From IMG/VR virus record IMGVR_UViG_3300045972_000807, positions 64,001 to 128,000 of that record: a stretch of 64,000 nucleotides of DNA. The stretch is one strand, 5' to 3'. Within the stretch, counting starts at the first letter, position 1. Each line of letters opens with the position of its first letter. The DNA is from a virus. The position numbers and the translations under genes were made by a program. Below, piece after piece: positions 19,310 to 30,200 of this stretch. A model generated the notes under the pieces. It worked only from the letters and a program-made list of their open reading frames with translations, did no database searches and had not been told where the DNA came from.

Positions 19310-20152
19310 TTAAGCCGTGAAAATTGTCAGCGTAGTTGATGCTGACCAGTTGAGGGAAGTTGCGGAAGATCCAGTTACCTGAATATCGAGAGCGCCTGTA
19401 GCTGCATTGGCTGAGGCCTGCGCGTCCCAGCTCGTATTAGAGCGCGCCACTATAGTTGTTAGGGTGTTGCCCATAAGGGCTAGTGTATTCAAATTGTCAT
19501 CCATGTAGAGCGTACCTTCGATGATAAAGATACAACGCTGATTAGGCGCGCCTGCTCTGTGGCCTACTACTATGGTGCGGAAAACAGCAGTGCTCAAACT
19601 GGGCAAAGTCAAATCTTGAACGGGACCCAGGGTAAGCGGTGTTGCGTTGGTTGTGGAACCTGAGACGTCTATAGTCGTAGTTACAAGACCCCCGCCCCCG
19701 CCACCCAGGCCAATGTTGTCAGTAACATCCCTAGAGTCCAACACCATAGCCTGGATGTCGGAACCGCTAGGCAAGTTGGCATACACAGCGTTGCTGGGAA
19801 CAAGGCTAAGCCCATGGTTGGGCGTAGCCTGCGCTAGCATTACATAGGCGCCACTAGACGGAATGTCTACCTCAGCAGTAGGCTCATCCCACAGCATAGT
19901 TCCGCTCAAGAGACTGGCACCTGTTGGGCTTACTGAGGTAAGCTTGTATCGGTGCATGGCTCCTGATACAGGACTGCCAGTGTTAACGTCTGTGGGCTGG
20001 ACATAGACTTTGCAGCCTATGGTAATGTCCGCCGCGCCGTTGCCTGTGGCATCCGCTTGGTTGTCAAAGTTAGCGTCAGTGAAGGAATACTCGCCTGCGT
20101 TCCCAGTACCTACGAACGAACTAACGAATAGGGTTGCGTTTATTGGCCGCAT
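19310..20152 (-). CDS. Fibre adaptor protein (N-terminal domain Y, Gly linker, C-terminal domain Z)
   Basis: The N-terminus is paralogous to 15229-15918. After GGGGGG comes TTNAT...VVG...FIIEG...SWDAQAS...LDIQVTG..ATSLNW, matching the tip of 17105-19288. Confidence 0.75.
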   Translation of the reverse strand: MRPINATLFVSSFVGTGNAGEYSFTDANFDNQADATGNGAADITIGCKVYVQPTDVNTGSPVSGAMHRYKLTSVSPTGASLLSGTMLWDEPTAEVDIPSSGAYVMLAQATPNHGLSLVPSNAVYANLPSGSDIQAMVLDSRDVTDNIGLGGGGGGLVTTTIDVSGSTTNATPLTLGPVQDLTLPSLSTAVFRTIVVGHRAGAPNQRCIFIIEGTLYMDDNLNTLALMGNTLTTIVARSNTSWDAQASANAATGALDIQVTGSSATSLNWSASTTLTIFTA

Positions 20153-20170
20153 TTATAGCATCCTTACTGA

Positions 20171-23100
20171 TTAGAAGTTAGCCAGGATAACGATGCCAGT
20201 TGCGGACGCTGGAAGCGCCCCAAACTGGAACGCCGCGAAGCTACCACTGATTGATGTTGCAATGGTGTTACCCACTGCGCTGAGAGTAGTACCGTCCTGC
20301 CGAATTTGCTGGACTGGAATCCATACGTCATCCATGCTTGTGTCTCCACCAGCACCGTTAAGGATGCCAGCCGGGACATTCAGCGTGTAGGTTGTACCTG
20401 TCCGTGTGCCTGTTGCCAGGTGAATACGGACACCCATGAGCTGAATGTCTGCACCTGCAGTAGCTGGGGCGCTTATTGTGCCTCCGCTAATAGAACCAGA
20501 AGGTCCGTTATGTGCAAACGTGAAGCCCATCGTGTAGTTACAGCTAAAGCCCATTGCGGCTCCTGCACCGCTACTGGTAACCGTAAACGTATTTGCAGTA
20601 ACCGAGGTAATCAACGCTACTTGGTAATCCACATTGGCATTACGGATGATAGCCAGATCGCCTACCGAGTGACCGTGAGCGTTGTAGGTCAGAGTAAGTG
20701 CTGTACCTACCTGAGCCCACTGCACACCCACACGAATCTGAGAAGCACTGGTAACTGAGACAGCAAGTCCCGTAGTGGTCAGAACCTGATAGCGCGACAC
20801 AGTATTGTGGATAACGCCGATCATTGCTCCGCCAGGTCCCTGTGCTCCGTCTGCTCCAGTAGCACCGGTTGCACCTGTGGGGCCTGCTACGGTTGAGGCC
20901 GCACCAGTAGCACCGGTTGGTCCTGCTGGGCCAGTAGAGCCTGTTGGACCTGCTGGACCTGCTGGTCCAGGTACTGTAGACGCCGCGCCTGTTGGGCCGT
21001 TTGCACCAGTAGGCCCAACAGGACCTGCTACGGTTGAAGCGGCACCTTGGGGTCCTGTAGCACCTGTGGGTCCTGCTACACCTTGAGGTCCAGGTACTGT
21101 AGAGTTTGCACCTTGGGGTCCAGTAGGACCTGCAGGGCCGGGTACTGTTGAGGTTGGGCCTGTGGCTCCCGTTGGACCTACGGTACCTTGGGCTCCCGTA
21201 GGACCTGTGGGACCTGCTGACCCTTGAAGACCTGCGGGTCCAGTGGGTCCAACGATAGCGCCTACGTCTACCCAGGCTGAGCCACTCCAAGTGTACAGGT
21301 TACCGTCAGCTGCAACCACGTATGAGTCGTTAGTTGCCTGTCCGGTAGAAGGCAAACTAGCTACAGTAGCTACAGTTCCCTTCATGTTTATGCCCACACC
21401 CGCAGGGCCTTGGGCGCCAGTGGGTCCTGCTACGCCAGTTGTACCTGTTGCTCCGTTTGCGCCTGTGGGTCCAGCGGGGCCCGCAGAACCAGTATTGCCA
21501 GTTGGGCCTGTAGGTCCTGCGACACCAGTAGTTCCCTGGATACCCTGAGAACCTGTGGGGCCAACCGCTCCAGTGCTACCGGTTGCACCTGTAGGACCAG
21601 CTACGCCAGCTGAGCCTTGGGCACCGGTGGGGCCTGCAGGGCCAGCTGGGCCGGCAGAACCTGTAGGGCCAGCAACCAAGCTAGCAGCACCTGTCGCGCC
21701 TGTTGGTCCAGCGGGGCCAGTAGCACCGGAGGGACCTGCGACACCAGTAGTACCCTGGATACCTTGGGCGCCAGTAGCACCCGTCGGGCCTACAATAGCG
21801 CCTACGTCTGTCCAAGCTGAGCCTGTCCACGAGTACAGGTGTCCGTTAGCCGACACCACGTAGGCGTCGTTAACAGCTGAGCCTGTTGCTGGAAGAGCAC
21901 CAACCGTCGCTACAGTACCTTTCAGGTTTATGCCAATGCCAGCTATACCTTGTGAGCCTGTGGCACCAGTGGGGCCAGCAACGCCGGACACACCTTGTGA
22001 GCCTGTAGCACCAGTAGGTCCGGTTGAGCCTGTGGGTCCTGCTACAGTGGACGCCGCGCCAGTAGCACCTGTGGGGCCGGTCGGGCCAGTGTTACCAATA
22101 GGTCCTTGAGCACCTTGAGCTCCAGCAGGTCCTTGCGAACCAGACGTGCCTGTTGCACCTGTAGCACCGTTTGCACCTGTGAAGCCGATAGGGCCTACAG
22201 CGCCTTGAGGACCTGTTGCGCCTACAGAGCCTGTAGCGCCTGTTGGTCCAGCAACGCCAGTGGTTCCCTGCGCGCCAGTAGCTCCCGTTGGGCCGGCTAT
22301 ACCTTGTGCGCCAGTAGCTCCAGCAACGCCTTGAATACCTTGGGCGCCGCCGTTACCTTGCAGACCCTGAATGCCTTGTGAGCCGGCAGGGCCTGTAGAA
22401 CCTGTGGGGCCTGCAACGCCTTGCGAACCAGCAGGTCCCTGAGCGCCAGTAGGGCCAACCGAACCTTGGGGACCCTGGATTAGGCCAACGTCAATCCAGC
22501 CAGCTCCATTCCACGAGTACAGGTGTCCGTTAGCGTTAACGACATACGCATCGCTTTGGGTAGCCGTTGTGGGCAGGTTAGCTGTTGTGGCTACGTTACC
22601 CTTCAGGTTGATACCAATACCTGCAGAACCTTGGATACCTTGTGCTCCAGTAGCGCCTGTTGGTCCAGCAACGCCAGTGGTTCCCTGCGCGCCAGTAGCG
22701 CCAGTAGGCCCAACGTTACCTTGGATACCTTGGATACCTTGAGTACCTTGTGTACCCATAGGGCCCAGGCCACCAACAGGTCCAGTTGCGCCAGTGGGGC
22801 CTGTAGGTCCCTGAGAGCCAGTGTTTCCTTGAATACCTTGGAGGCCTTGCAAGCCTTGTGGGCCTTGATTACCCTGAGGTCCAACCACAGTAGACGCCGC
22901 GCCGGTTGCACCAGTAGCTCCCTTAGGACCTGTGGCACCTGCAACTCCAGGCACACCTTGAGGACCTTCAACGGTACTGTCAGCGCCTTGAGGACCTTGA
23001 GGACCTGTTGGTCCCATTAGGCCTTCGCTGCCTGGAGCACCAGTGGGTCCAACAGTACCGGGCTGCATTGGCACCACGAGCGACTCAGCAAAGAACGTCG

Positions 23101-23911
23101 CAATGTCGCCGTTCTCGAACAGGTTGTTCCACGGTGCTGTGGTCTTGAAGTGGTAGCAGTCAGTAACCACGCCGTCAACACGATACAGGACGGTACCAAC
23201 CATCGAGCATGTGCGAGCGATACCGGCATTTGCACCGGTACGTGGAGTGACAAAGAATGAGATTGTGCGATCTACCTTGGACAGCGCGCCTAGGCTAGCA
23301 CTGTTTACAGGTATGTAGATGCTGGTGAAGTCTGACGCTGCGATAGTCAAATCGCCCAGGTTGTAGGAACCTGCGAGACGCCAAGAGCTACCGTCGGACA
23401 CTGCGATCAGGGACTTGCCTGAGATCACATAGGTATTTGTAATACCTGTTTCCTGAGTGTACGTCGTAGAGTCCGCCGCGTTAGGCAGTGCGTCAACAGA
23501 CGGCAGGACGTTCAGGTTACCGGCCGCAGCTGAGAGGGCCACCGGGGAGAACGGTGCGCGACCGCCTGCCTGCATAGGCAAGATACAAGCAACAGAAACG
23601 TTGTCTGTAATAGGAATGTCGGAATCGGACGAACCCAGTGCGACGCAGACGCCGTTAAAGTACAGTCCGATCTCGCCCATTACGATAGCTGGGCTACCGA
23701 GGCCGTGAGAGATTGAAACGGAAAAGGACGGAGAGCCTCCGTCCATTCCTGTCAAGGGCGCTTGTCCGTAATAGACTTTAGCTCCGTGAATGTCAGTGTC
23801 GTTACTTGTGGCTATATAGCCACTGGCATTGCCGACCGCGAAGTCCAGGCTGCTTGGCACGCCCGTAGTAGCGAACAACTGATAGCCGTAATTGGTTAGT
23901 GCGAAAAGCAT
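20171..23911 (-). CDS. Baseplate-anchored long collagen fibre (1246 aa): tail-collar-type N-terminus, GXY shaft with three globular knobs, C-terminal domain X
   Basis: The N-terminal ~285 aa are shared with 33564-36017 ([14 protein letters not shown]). About 200 GXY triplets are interrupted by three GINxKGxVATxxxLP...DxYVV...LYxWxG..WxDVG units. Confidence 0.88.
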   Translation of the reverse strand: MLFALTNYGYQLFATTGVPSSLDFAVGNASGYIATSNDTDIHGAKVYYGQAPLTGMDGGSPSFSVSISHGLGSPAIVMGEIGLYFNGVCVALGSSDSDIPITDNVSVACILPMQAGGRAPFSPVALSAAAGNLNVLPSVDALPNAADSTTYTQETGITNTYVISGKSLIAVSDGSSWRLAGSYNLGDLTIAASDFTSIYIPVNSASLGALSKVDRTISFFVTPRTGANAGIARTCSMVGTVLYRVDGVVTDCYHFKTTAPWNNLFENGDIATFFAESLVVPMQPGTVGPTGAPGSEGLMGPTGPQGPQGADSTVEGPQGVPGVAGATGPKGATGATGAASTVVGPQGNQGPQGLQGLQGIQGNTGSQGPTGPTGATGPVGGLGPMGTQGTQGIQGIQGNVGPTGATGAQGTTGVAGPTGATGAQGIQGSAGIGINLKGNVATTANLPTTATQSDAYVVNANGHLYSWNGAGWIDVGLIQGPQGSVGPTGAQGPAGSQGVAGPTGSTGPAGSQGIQGLQGNGGAQGIQGVAGATGAQGIAGPTGATGAQGTTGVAGPTGATGSVGATGPQGAVGPIGFTGANGATGATGTSGSQGPAGAQGAQGPIGNTGPTGPTGATGAASTVAGPTGSTGPTGATGSQGVSGVAGPTGATGSQGIAGIGINLKGTVATVGALPATGSAVNDAYVVSANGHLYSWTGSAWTDVGAIVGPTGATGAQGIQGTTGVAGPSGATGPAGPTGATGAASLVAGPTGSAGPAGPAGPTGAQGSAGVAGPTGATGSTGAVGPTGSQGIQGTTGVAGPTGPTGNTGSAGPAGPTGANGATGTTGVAGPTGAQGPAGVGINMKGTVATVASLPSTGQATNDSYVVAADGNLYTWSGSAWVDVGAIVGPTGPAGLQGSAGPTGPTGAQGTVGPTGATGPTSTVPGPAGPTGPQGANSTVPGPQGVAGPTGATGPQGAASTVAGPVGPTGANGPTGAASTVPGPAGPAGPTGSTGPAGPTGATGAASTVAGPTGATGATGADGAQGPGGAMIGVIHNTVSRYQVLTTTGLAVSVTSASQIRVGVQWAQVGTALTLTYNAHGHSVGDLAIIRNANVDYQVALITSVTANTFTVTSSGAGAAMGFSCNYTMGFTFAHNGPSGSISGGTISAPATAGADIQLMGVRIHLATGTRTGTTYTLNVPAGILNGAGGDTSMDDVWIPVQQIRQDGTTLSAVGNTIATSISGSFAAFQFGALPASATGIVILANF

Positions 23912-23982
23912 AGTAGGGCGTGCCTTTGTCGAAGATGAATTAAGGGCGCCCTAAGGCGCTCAAGATAAAATTGTTTAGAGTT

Positions 23983-26799
23983 TCAGAACTCTATTGGTGG
24001 AGGTGGAGTTAGATAACTTATTGTTCCGTTAGTTTTATAGGCATAGATTGAAGTACCGTCCCAGTAACAGGGTCCTGCAGGTGGAGAATCCGAACCGTGG
24101 GACATAGGGAACCAAGATAGACCGTCATCATAGGAATAGGCTCCCAAGGTTAGGCCGGTAACAACAAAGCACTTATTCCCAAATCCCAGTCCATTGTAGG
24201 TTGTAAGAGCCTTGGTTTGCGACCAGGTGTTAGACGGGGTATAGTAGGTGTGAATACCTGCACTGCTAACAGCTACGCCGTTAACTTCTCCTAGACAGAA
24301 GTCAAACGTTGTTCCGCCCTGTACCGTATTCGGACCCGAAGTCCAGTTTGCACCGTCGTCAAAAGAAATTATGCAAGAGTCATAAGCATAGATGTAGTTG
24401 TAATCCATGAACCAGGTGTTGTTACCCAGGTACCGTGTGTTACCGCTTCCACCCCAGACGCCGTTACCTAATGGGCTATTAGCTGGAACAGGAAGAAGGT
24501 TCCAGGTTACACCGCCGTCGGTCGACCTATGGGCACCCATAGTGTTTATTACCTGGCGGCCCCAGCTGTCTCCCGAAACCAACACGTTAGTAGTAGGATT
24601 ATAGTCTATGGAGTTACGCAATGGCGTAGAGTAGTTAGACCCAAGGACCTTGCTGGTCCAGATAAAGCCATCTGTGGAGTAGTACATCGTGCCTTGGGAC
24701 TTTACGTTGTACTGCCCAGAGTTGGTGATAGCCCAGCTTGTTACCTCATAGCCGAAATATCTTGGCTCCCATGTTTTACCGTCGTCAGTAGACTTTAAGG
24801 CGCATATAGCGTTACCAGAGTACATAACCCCGGCAGCGTCCCTACGCATACCAACCATGTGAACAGGTTGAAGCATAGCGTCGGTGTGCCAAGTTACGGC
24901 GTCATCTGACCAAACTCTAAAGCTTGTAGCAACTTGAAAAGAAAGATGGAACCTGCCTTGCGGAGTACAGGTTATGAAGTAGGGAATGCCTGAGCAAGGT
25001 ACCTTAACGGTTGTCCAGGTTACACCCATGTCGTCGGTGTACGCTATGCTTGTCCCAAGCTGAGCCGCACCGGCTGCGACTAAACCTACTACTCGGCTCC
25101 CATTGCTGGCAAAATCTGAAAATATAGCCAATGGGGTTACACGCTTTGTCCACGTTAAGCCGTCAGGAGAGACAATGACCTCCTTGGTGTTAGTGGTCAT
25201 TATGTAATAGGTACCTGTCCAGATGTGGTACCCGCCAGCCGCGCCTACCCCGGTTGGGAACGTAACTTTATTCCAGTTAACTCCGTCTGCGGAATACACA
25301 ATATGGCCAGCACCGGTGGCAAGGAACTGGCTACCGTTCCAGGATAGTCCCCGGAAGTTAGCTGCGGCTGCGGGAGTCTTGGCTACGTTCTTTATCCAGG
25401 TAAACCCACCGTCTTGTGAACAGTCAATAAACCCGGAGTTTCCGCCCAAAACTACCGTACCACCCACACCTGCACCACAGTAAACCTGGACCGCCGTAAA
25501 GCTACTGCCAGTAAGAGTTGGCGATGATACCGTAGTCTGAACATCGTAGTACCAGTCCAGACCGTTATAGGTCATGAATAGCTTGGTAGCAGTGGTAAAC
25601 AAGGCAGTGAAGGCTCCACAATCCCAAAGCTTATATGTCGCAGGAGCACTGAATACTGTGGTACCGCAATTCCACCAGGTGTCTCCTCCATTATTGGAGT
25701 AGAACATTTTGTTGGATATGTTGTAGGCAAATAGACCTAGACTTGTTGCCGTTACGCTGTGCAGATTAGAGCAGGACCCTGTAGTTAGGTCAAGTGCTGG
25801 AGTGGACTTGGTTATTTCCCAGTTTAGACCTTGGTCGGGAGAACGGCCAAAATAATAAGACTTGGCGTGACCAAAAATCCAGTTTCCGTCTGAGCAGTAC
25901 ATGGTGTATGCTTCAGGATACTTGGATAAGTCTCTTGTCCAGTTTGCACCGTCAGGAGAAGTGAATCGCTTCCCGCCGAAGTTAACTACAAACTGCGAAC
26001 CTGTCCAGCAGCCTGGCGTAGGCTGTGAAGGACCTGTGCCATCGCCACCCGCCGCTACGAGACCGGTAGAGGCCCCGGTCCAAGTAACTCCGCCGTCCTG
26101 AGTTGAAAACCAGTACCCACCGGAGATGGTCATAAATACGGCTTGCCCAGCATTGTTGGTAAGAAATCCAGCTACGGCATTCCCAACGTTAAAGATACCT
26201 GCGTAGGCAAAGTTCTTTAGGACCCATGTCGTCCCATTAAAGGTCAAGGTGTCCAGTATGTACGAGGTACCTGACCTGCCGTAGCCGTAAAAGGCAAATA
26301 CTGAACCAGCGCCGCACCAAGCCACGCCGGTATAGGTTCGAGTGCCGTACTGGTTATTTATACCAGTGAAGCCAATAAAGTCTGTGGTTGCGTACGACTT
26401 GAAATAACCCATAAACATATAGGTATTACCATCGTAGGCCACACCCAACAATTGGGTATTGGCTGTGTCCGGCATAACTATTCTTTTCCATGTAACCGTA
26501 TCTGTGGAGTACATGGCAAACTGGGTTGTAGTAGTGCCGTCGCTTTCGCTACCTACAACTATCCAACCCCAACCCACCCAGAGAACCTGAGTTAGCATAG
26601 AACCCAAGGTGGCTATTGTGGGTATAGCGTCCCAGGTTAATCCGTCGGAGGACAAGCGCACGGTACCATGGTTACCCACAGCTAAGCCGTACCCGGGTCC
26701 CCAAGCCATGCTCTTTATTAACTCTAGAGAATGCTTTTGGTACCACACCGGGGGATTACGAGATTTGCCGTAGTAAGGTTCTACAAGTAGCTTGGACAT
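23983..26799 (-). CDS. Asp-box (BNR) repeat beta-propeller protein, probable fibre tip / receptor-binding protein (938 aa)
   Basis: About 16 S/T-x-D-x-G-x-T/N-W boxes (SSDGLTW, TQDGGVTW, SPDGANW, STDDGKTW, SYDDGLSW and others). The start MSKLLVEP overlaps the upstream stop (TAATG). Confidence 0.82.
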   Translation of the reverse strand: MSKLLVEPYYGKSRNPPVWYQKHSLELIKSMAWGPGYGLAVGNHGTVRLSSDGLTWDAIPTIATLGSMLTQVLWVGWGWIVVGSESDGTTTTQFAMYSTDTVTWKRIVMPDTANTQLLGVAYDGNTYMFMGYFKSYATTDFIGFTGINNQYGTRTYTGVAWCGAGSVFAFYGYGRSGTSYILDTLTFNGTTWVLKNFAYAGIFNVGNAVAGFLTNNAGQAVFMTISGGYWFSTQDGGVTWTGASTGLVAAGGDGTGPSQPTPGCWTGSQFVVNFGGKRFTSPDGANWTRDLSKYPEAYTMYCSDGNWIFGHAKSYYFGRSPDQGLNWEITKSTPALDLTTGSCSNLHSVTATSLGLFAYNISNKMFYSNNGGDTWWNCGTTVFSAPATYKLWDCGAFTALFTTATKLFMTYNGLDWYYDVQTTVSSPTLTGSSFTAVQVYCGAGVGGTVVLGGNSGFIDCSQDGGFTWIKNVAKTPAAAANFRGLSWNGSQFLATGAGHIVYSADGVNWNKVTFPTGVGAAGGYHIWTGTYYIMTTNTKEVIVSPDGLTWTKRVTPLAIFSDFASNGSRVVGLVAAGAAQLGTSIAYTDDMGVTWTTVKVPCSGIPYFITCTPQGRFHLSFQVATSFRVWSDDAVTWHTDAMLQPVHMVGMRRDAAGVMYSGNAICALKSTDDGKTWEPRYFGYEVTSWAITNSGQYNVKSQGTMYYSTDGFIWTSKVLGSNYSTPLRNSIDYNPTTNVLVSGDSWGRQVINTMGAHRSTDGGVTWNLLPVPANSPLGNGVWGGSGNTRYLGNNTWFMDYNYIYAYDSCIISFDDGANWTSGPNTVQGGTTFDFCLGEVNGVAVSSAGIHTYYTPSNTWSQTKALTTYNGLGFGNKCFVVTGLTLGAYSYDDGLSWFPMSHGSDSPPAGPCYWDGTSIYAYKTNGTISYLTPPPPIEF

Positions 26800-27197
26800 T
26801 AGGTTCTCACATAAAGGGTAACGCAATAGGCGTCGGACGGTTGCCCCATAACGTTTACAATCCGGTACCCGAAGGCGTCAGGTCCCCGGTAAGTTATCTT
26901 AGGCGTGTATGCCAACCCTAACTGATTTTCTGAGATAGTAGCAATGCCGTTGGCTGGCTGGGACAGAATCTCGATTGTACACCGGTACCCTCCCTGAAAC
27001 TGCCAAGCCGTATGATTGTCTGCCTTTGATATTAGCTTAGGGTCTATGGGGTAAGCCCCTTGAATAAGCCATTTGCTAAGGTCTATTACGAAAGGCCTTA
27101 AAACCTGGGTTGCTGGCGTGTGGACCAAAATGTCCTCGGCCACTGGTATGAAGTGCCTAAAGAAAGGCTGGGTAAGTTTTATGGAATGTCCTGCCAT
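26799..27197 (-). CDS. Small Ig/cadherin-like (Big_9-type) virion protein
   Basis: IEILSQPANGIATI...LAYTP..YRGPDAFGYRI is the typical tandem-Ig motif. Confidence 0.7.
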   Translation of the reverse strand: MAGHSIKLTQPFFRHFIPVAEDILVHTPATQVLRPFVIDLSKWLIQGAYPIDPKLISKADNHTAWQFQGGYRCTIEILSQPANGIATISENQLGLAYTPKITYRGPDAFGYRIVNVMGQPSDAYCVTLYVRT

Positions 27198-27201
27198 GAT
27201 G

Positions 27202-30200
27202 TTAACCGCCTTGCACGTACCACTTAAGCGGTATTACGTTGTTGCTAATGGGCATGTCTATCAGACAATTGCGGCTAGTTACTCCCACGGGAACCACGTA
27301 CATATACGCCTTAGTAGGAACCGCAATACCGTTCTTATAGACCACTGTGTTGAAACCGTACGCCCGGACGTTAACGTATCCAGCTTTTGTGCCTGCCGCT
27401 ATAGCTAGAGCAGCCGTAGTGTACAGGTGTTGCTGGGTGTCTACGGGACCGCCGCCTGAATCTCCGATAACATACGTCAGCATGGGGTTAGGCGTATTGG
27501 CCAAGACTTCAGAGTGTCTTGTGTTCCTAACGAATCCCATACTAAAGGTTTTCTGGAAACGCTTTACTGTGAACCCCTTGTCCATAGTCGGGGTAAAGTA
27601 CATAGCGTTACCGCGTACTTTGGGTATCGGGGGTACCCAGTCAGCCAGCTTCTCACCCATGTTATTATAGGGAATGTACTCGTAATCTCCAAAGTGCTGG
27701 TTAGACAGAACAGACAGAACTGGGTCAATGTGCTCAGCAAGTGCTGTAGCTAGGTTCTGGCCCTGTTCATAGAACCTTTCTCCTTCAACCATCTTTCTTC
27801 CAGGGACGTACTCATACGAAACGTCTATTTCAAGGAAGCTTAGTAGTGACCCAGCGCTGTATTCCCTTTCGCCTACTTCTCTGAAGCTACTTAGGACTGG
27901 TTTATCGAATTCAAAGTCTACAAAGTTAGGGAAGTTTTCTCTAGCTTTAGCGTAGGCAGACAGATGTCCGCCCTCAGTGAAGTCGGTGCTTAAACCTTTC
28001 TCAAAGCTGTTGGTGACTTGTGGAGCCTTTAGCCCAATTCTTGTACCGTACTGGAATTCTTTAAGAACGTAGAAGTCAACAAGAGTCTGCTGCCTAATCT
28101 CGGCGGCAAACCAGTCAGCGTAGGCGGGGCTATTGGCCTTTCCTAGCTCGGCTTCAAACCAATCTGCATACGCAGGGCTATTGGCTTTACCTAGCTCTGC
28201 GTCGAACCAGTCAGCGTAGGCTGGACTAGTAGACAAGCCAACTTCAGCAGTATAAGCATCTACTAAGCTAGGAAAGTTTCGGCGAGTAAAGCTTTCAAAC
28301 TCTTGTGTGGCTTCCGACAGGGACAGGTGTGGTTTCTTAACGGCCTGTTCGTAGTACATGTCTACAAACCGGCCAGGTGCTTTCTGTATGTTAGGCGCCT
28401 GACCATCGACGTACAGTGAATAAACGGTAAAGTTCCCGAATACCGTAGGCGTTACAACCGGCAAAGAGTTAACTACCGTTGTTATGTCTACAAGGACATT
28501 TACAGACTTATACGCCAAGGAGGCTATGGTAGCGCTAAGGGACCCCACAATCTGGATTGTGTCTCCAAGCCCCGCCGTCGTGGGTCCCCCGTACACAGGA
28601 GAGCCACCGTTAACCGCAATTCCCCAGGTAGGGTCATCCAGGGTGAGGGTAATGCTAACCCCGGGACTGATACCTGTTATGGGCACGGACGCTGAATTGC
28701 AGTAGGCACCGGCAGGTACGTCGTAAACGTTGTCAAAATAAACAGGATCGGGAATCGCATCGCCTATAGTACGCGTTACCCAGGGAGTCTTAGACCGGCT
28801 ACCCGCTTGCAGCAAGGGAAGAGCGTTGGTAGTGTAATACTTTGAACTTACGGGGTTCTCAGTCAGCGTTACCGTGGCTCCGTTGTTAACTACTGCGCTA
28901 GTAGAGGTAACGTTAAATGCCGAGCCGGTAACAGCTATAGAAAGATTAAGATTTGAGGGTACGCTTACCGTTATAGATTTTGCTAAGCCAGACACGGTAA
29001 CAGCGTTAGACACAGCTGCCGTAGACACGGGCACGTCTAAACTTGAGGTAAACGAGACTGCGTCTATAGGTGTTATAGCGTTTAGCCTATTCTGCTGCGT
29101 AGCAAGATCAGAGTACAAGCACTGAGCCCATATGCCTCCAGCGCCGTCATAGCTTAGTGCTGAGACAGGGTGCGGCATAGAAATCTGGCGGAGCAAAGCC
29201 AGAGTATTGGGATCAAAAATATCTATGAGGTTTGAGCCGTAGTGACCTACCCACACGTTACCGTTAGTTTTGTCTACAGCAACACAGCTAGGCACACCCG
29301 AACACTGGATGTAGGTAACTGCGTACGAGTACGAAATTCTAGCCAAGGCATTGCTGAAAGAGCAGGCTACCCAAGAGTTCATTCCGTTGTCTACACAGAT
29401 GTCCCAAGGGTCGCAGTTAGGCAAAGATATGTTTGCTACAATAGTGTCCGCGCTATTCACGACTACGACTCTGCTATTGTAGACGTCAACTACCCAAACT
29501 TTGTTAGCGTTATCTACCACCACTTGCCGCAGACCGCCTAAGGTAGACCCGCCTAGACTTATGTACTTGGACAGAACATACGTCGAACCAGATAGGACTA
29601 TCTTGGCAAGCGTGTTATTAGACATCGAAACATAGACAGCTGAGCCTGTTATGTCGCTATCTGTTCCGTAAGGCGCGAGTGCCCCAAAAGATATGTCAGC
29701 GTTAGTCCCGCTAGTGTCCCGCAGGAGCCCCAGAGCTCCGTTATACAAGGTTACGAACCGTCGAGTAGCAATCTGTGCTGTACTCATAACGTACTTGGGT
29801 GCGTAGCACTCGTCGTACACGGTGTAGCCTGCGGGATTCGCAGATGACCCAACCACAGCACCGGCCAGGTTCAGCTTGTAGGTAATTCCCTCATAGTAAG
29901 ACATCGAGTGGATGAACGTGCTTAAACTAGCGTCCGTTCCAACCGATGGGTTATACAAAGAAGTGGCCGAGGTTATCCCGTAAGTGCTAACGTCTATCTT
30001 GTAGATAGAGTTGTTCTGGTTTAGTGCTGCCTTTGCAGGATTAAACGGGGAATCTATTGACAGGGCGGGGTTGCCTGTAGGCGTAACCGTTATGGCAAGT
30101 CCGGAGTAGTCTGTCTTAGTACCGTCCAAAACAGTAAGAAGCGATGTGCCCGGAACAGCTGTCAAAAAGGTTGGGCTAGGCGTAAAGTTAGAAACATAGA

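Noticed and set aside
23983-26799. Active sialidase / glycoside hydrolase
   Set aside because: Asp boxes alone indicate a propeller fold. No RIP motif or arginine triad was recognised, so no enzyme call is made.
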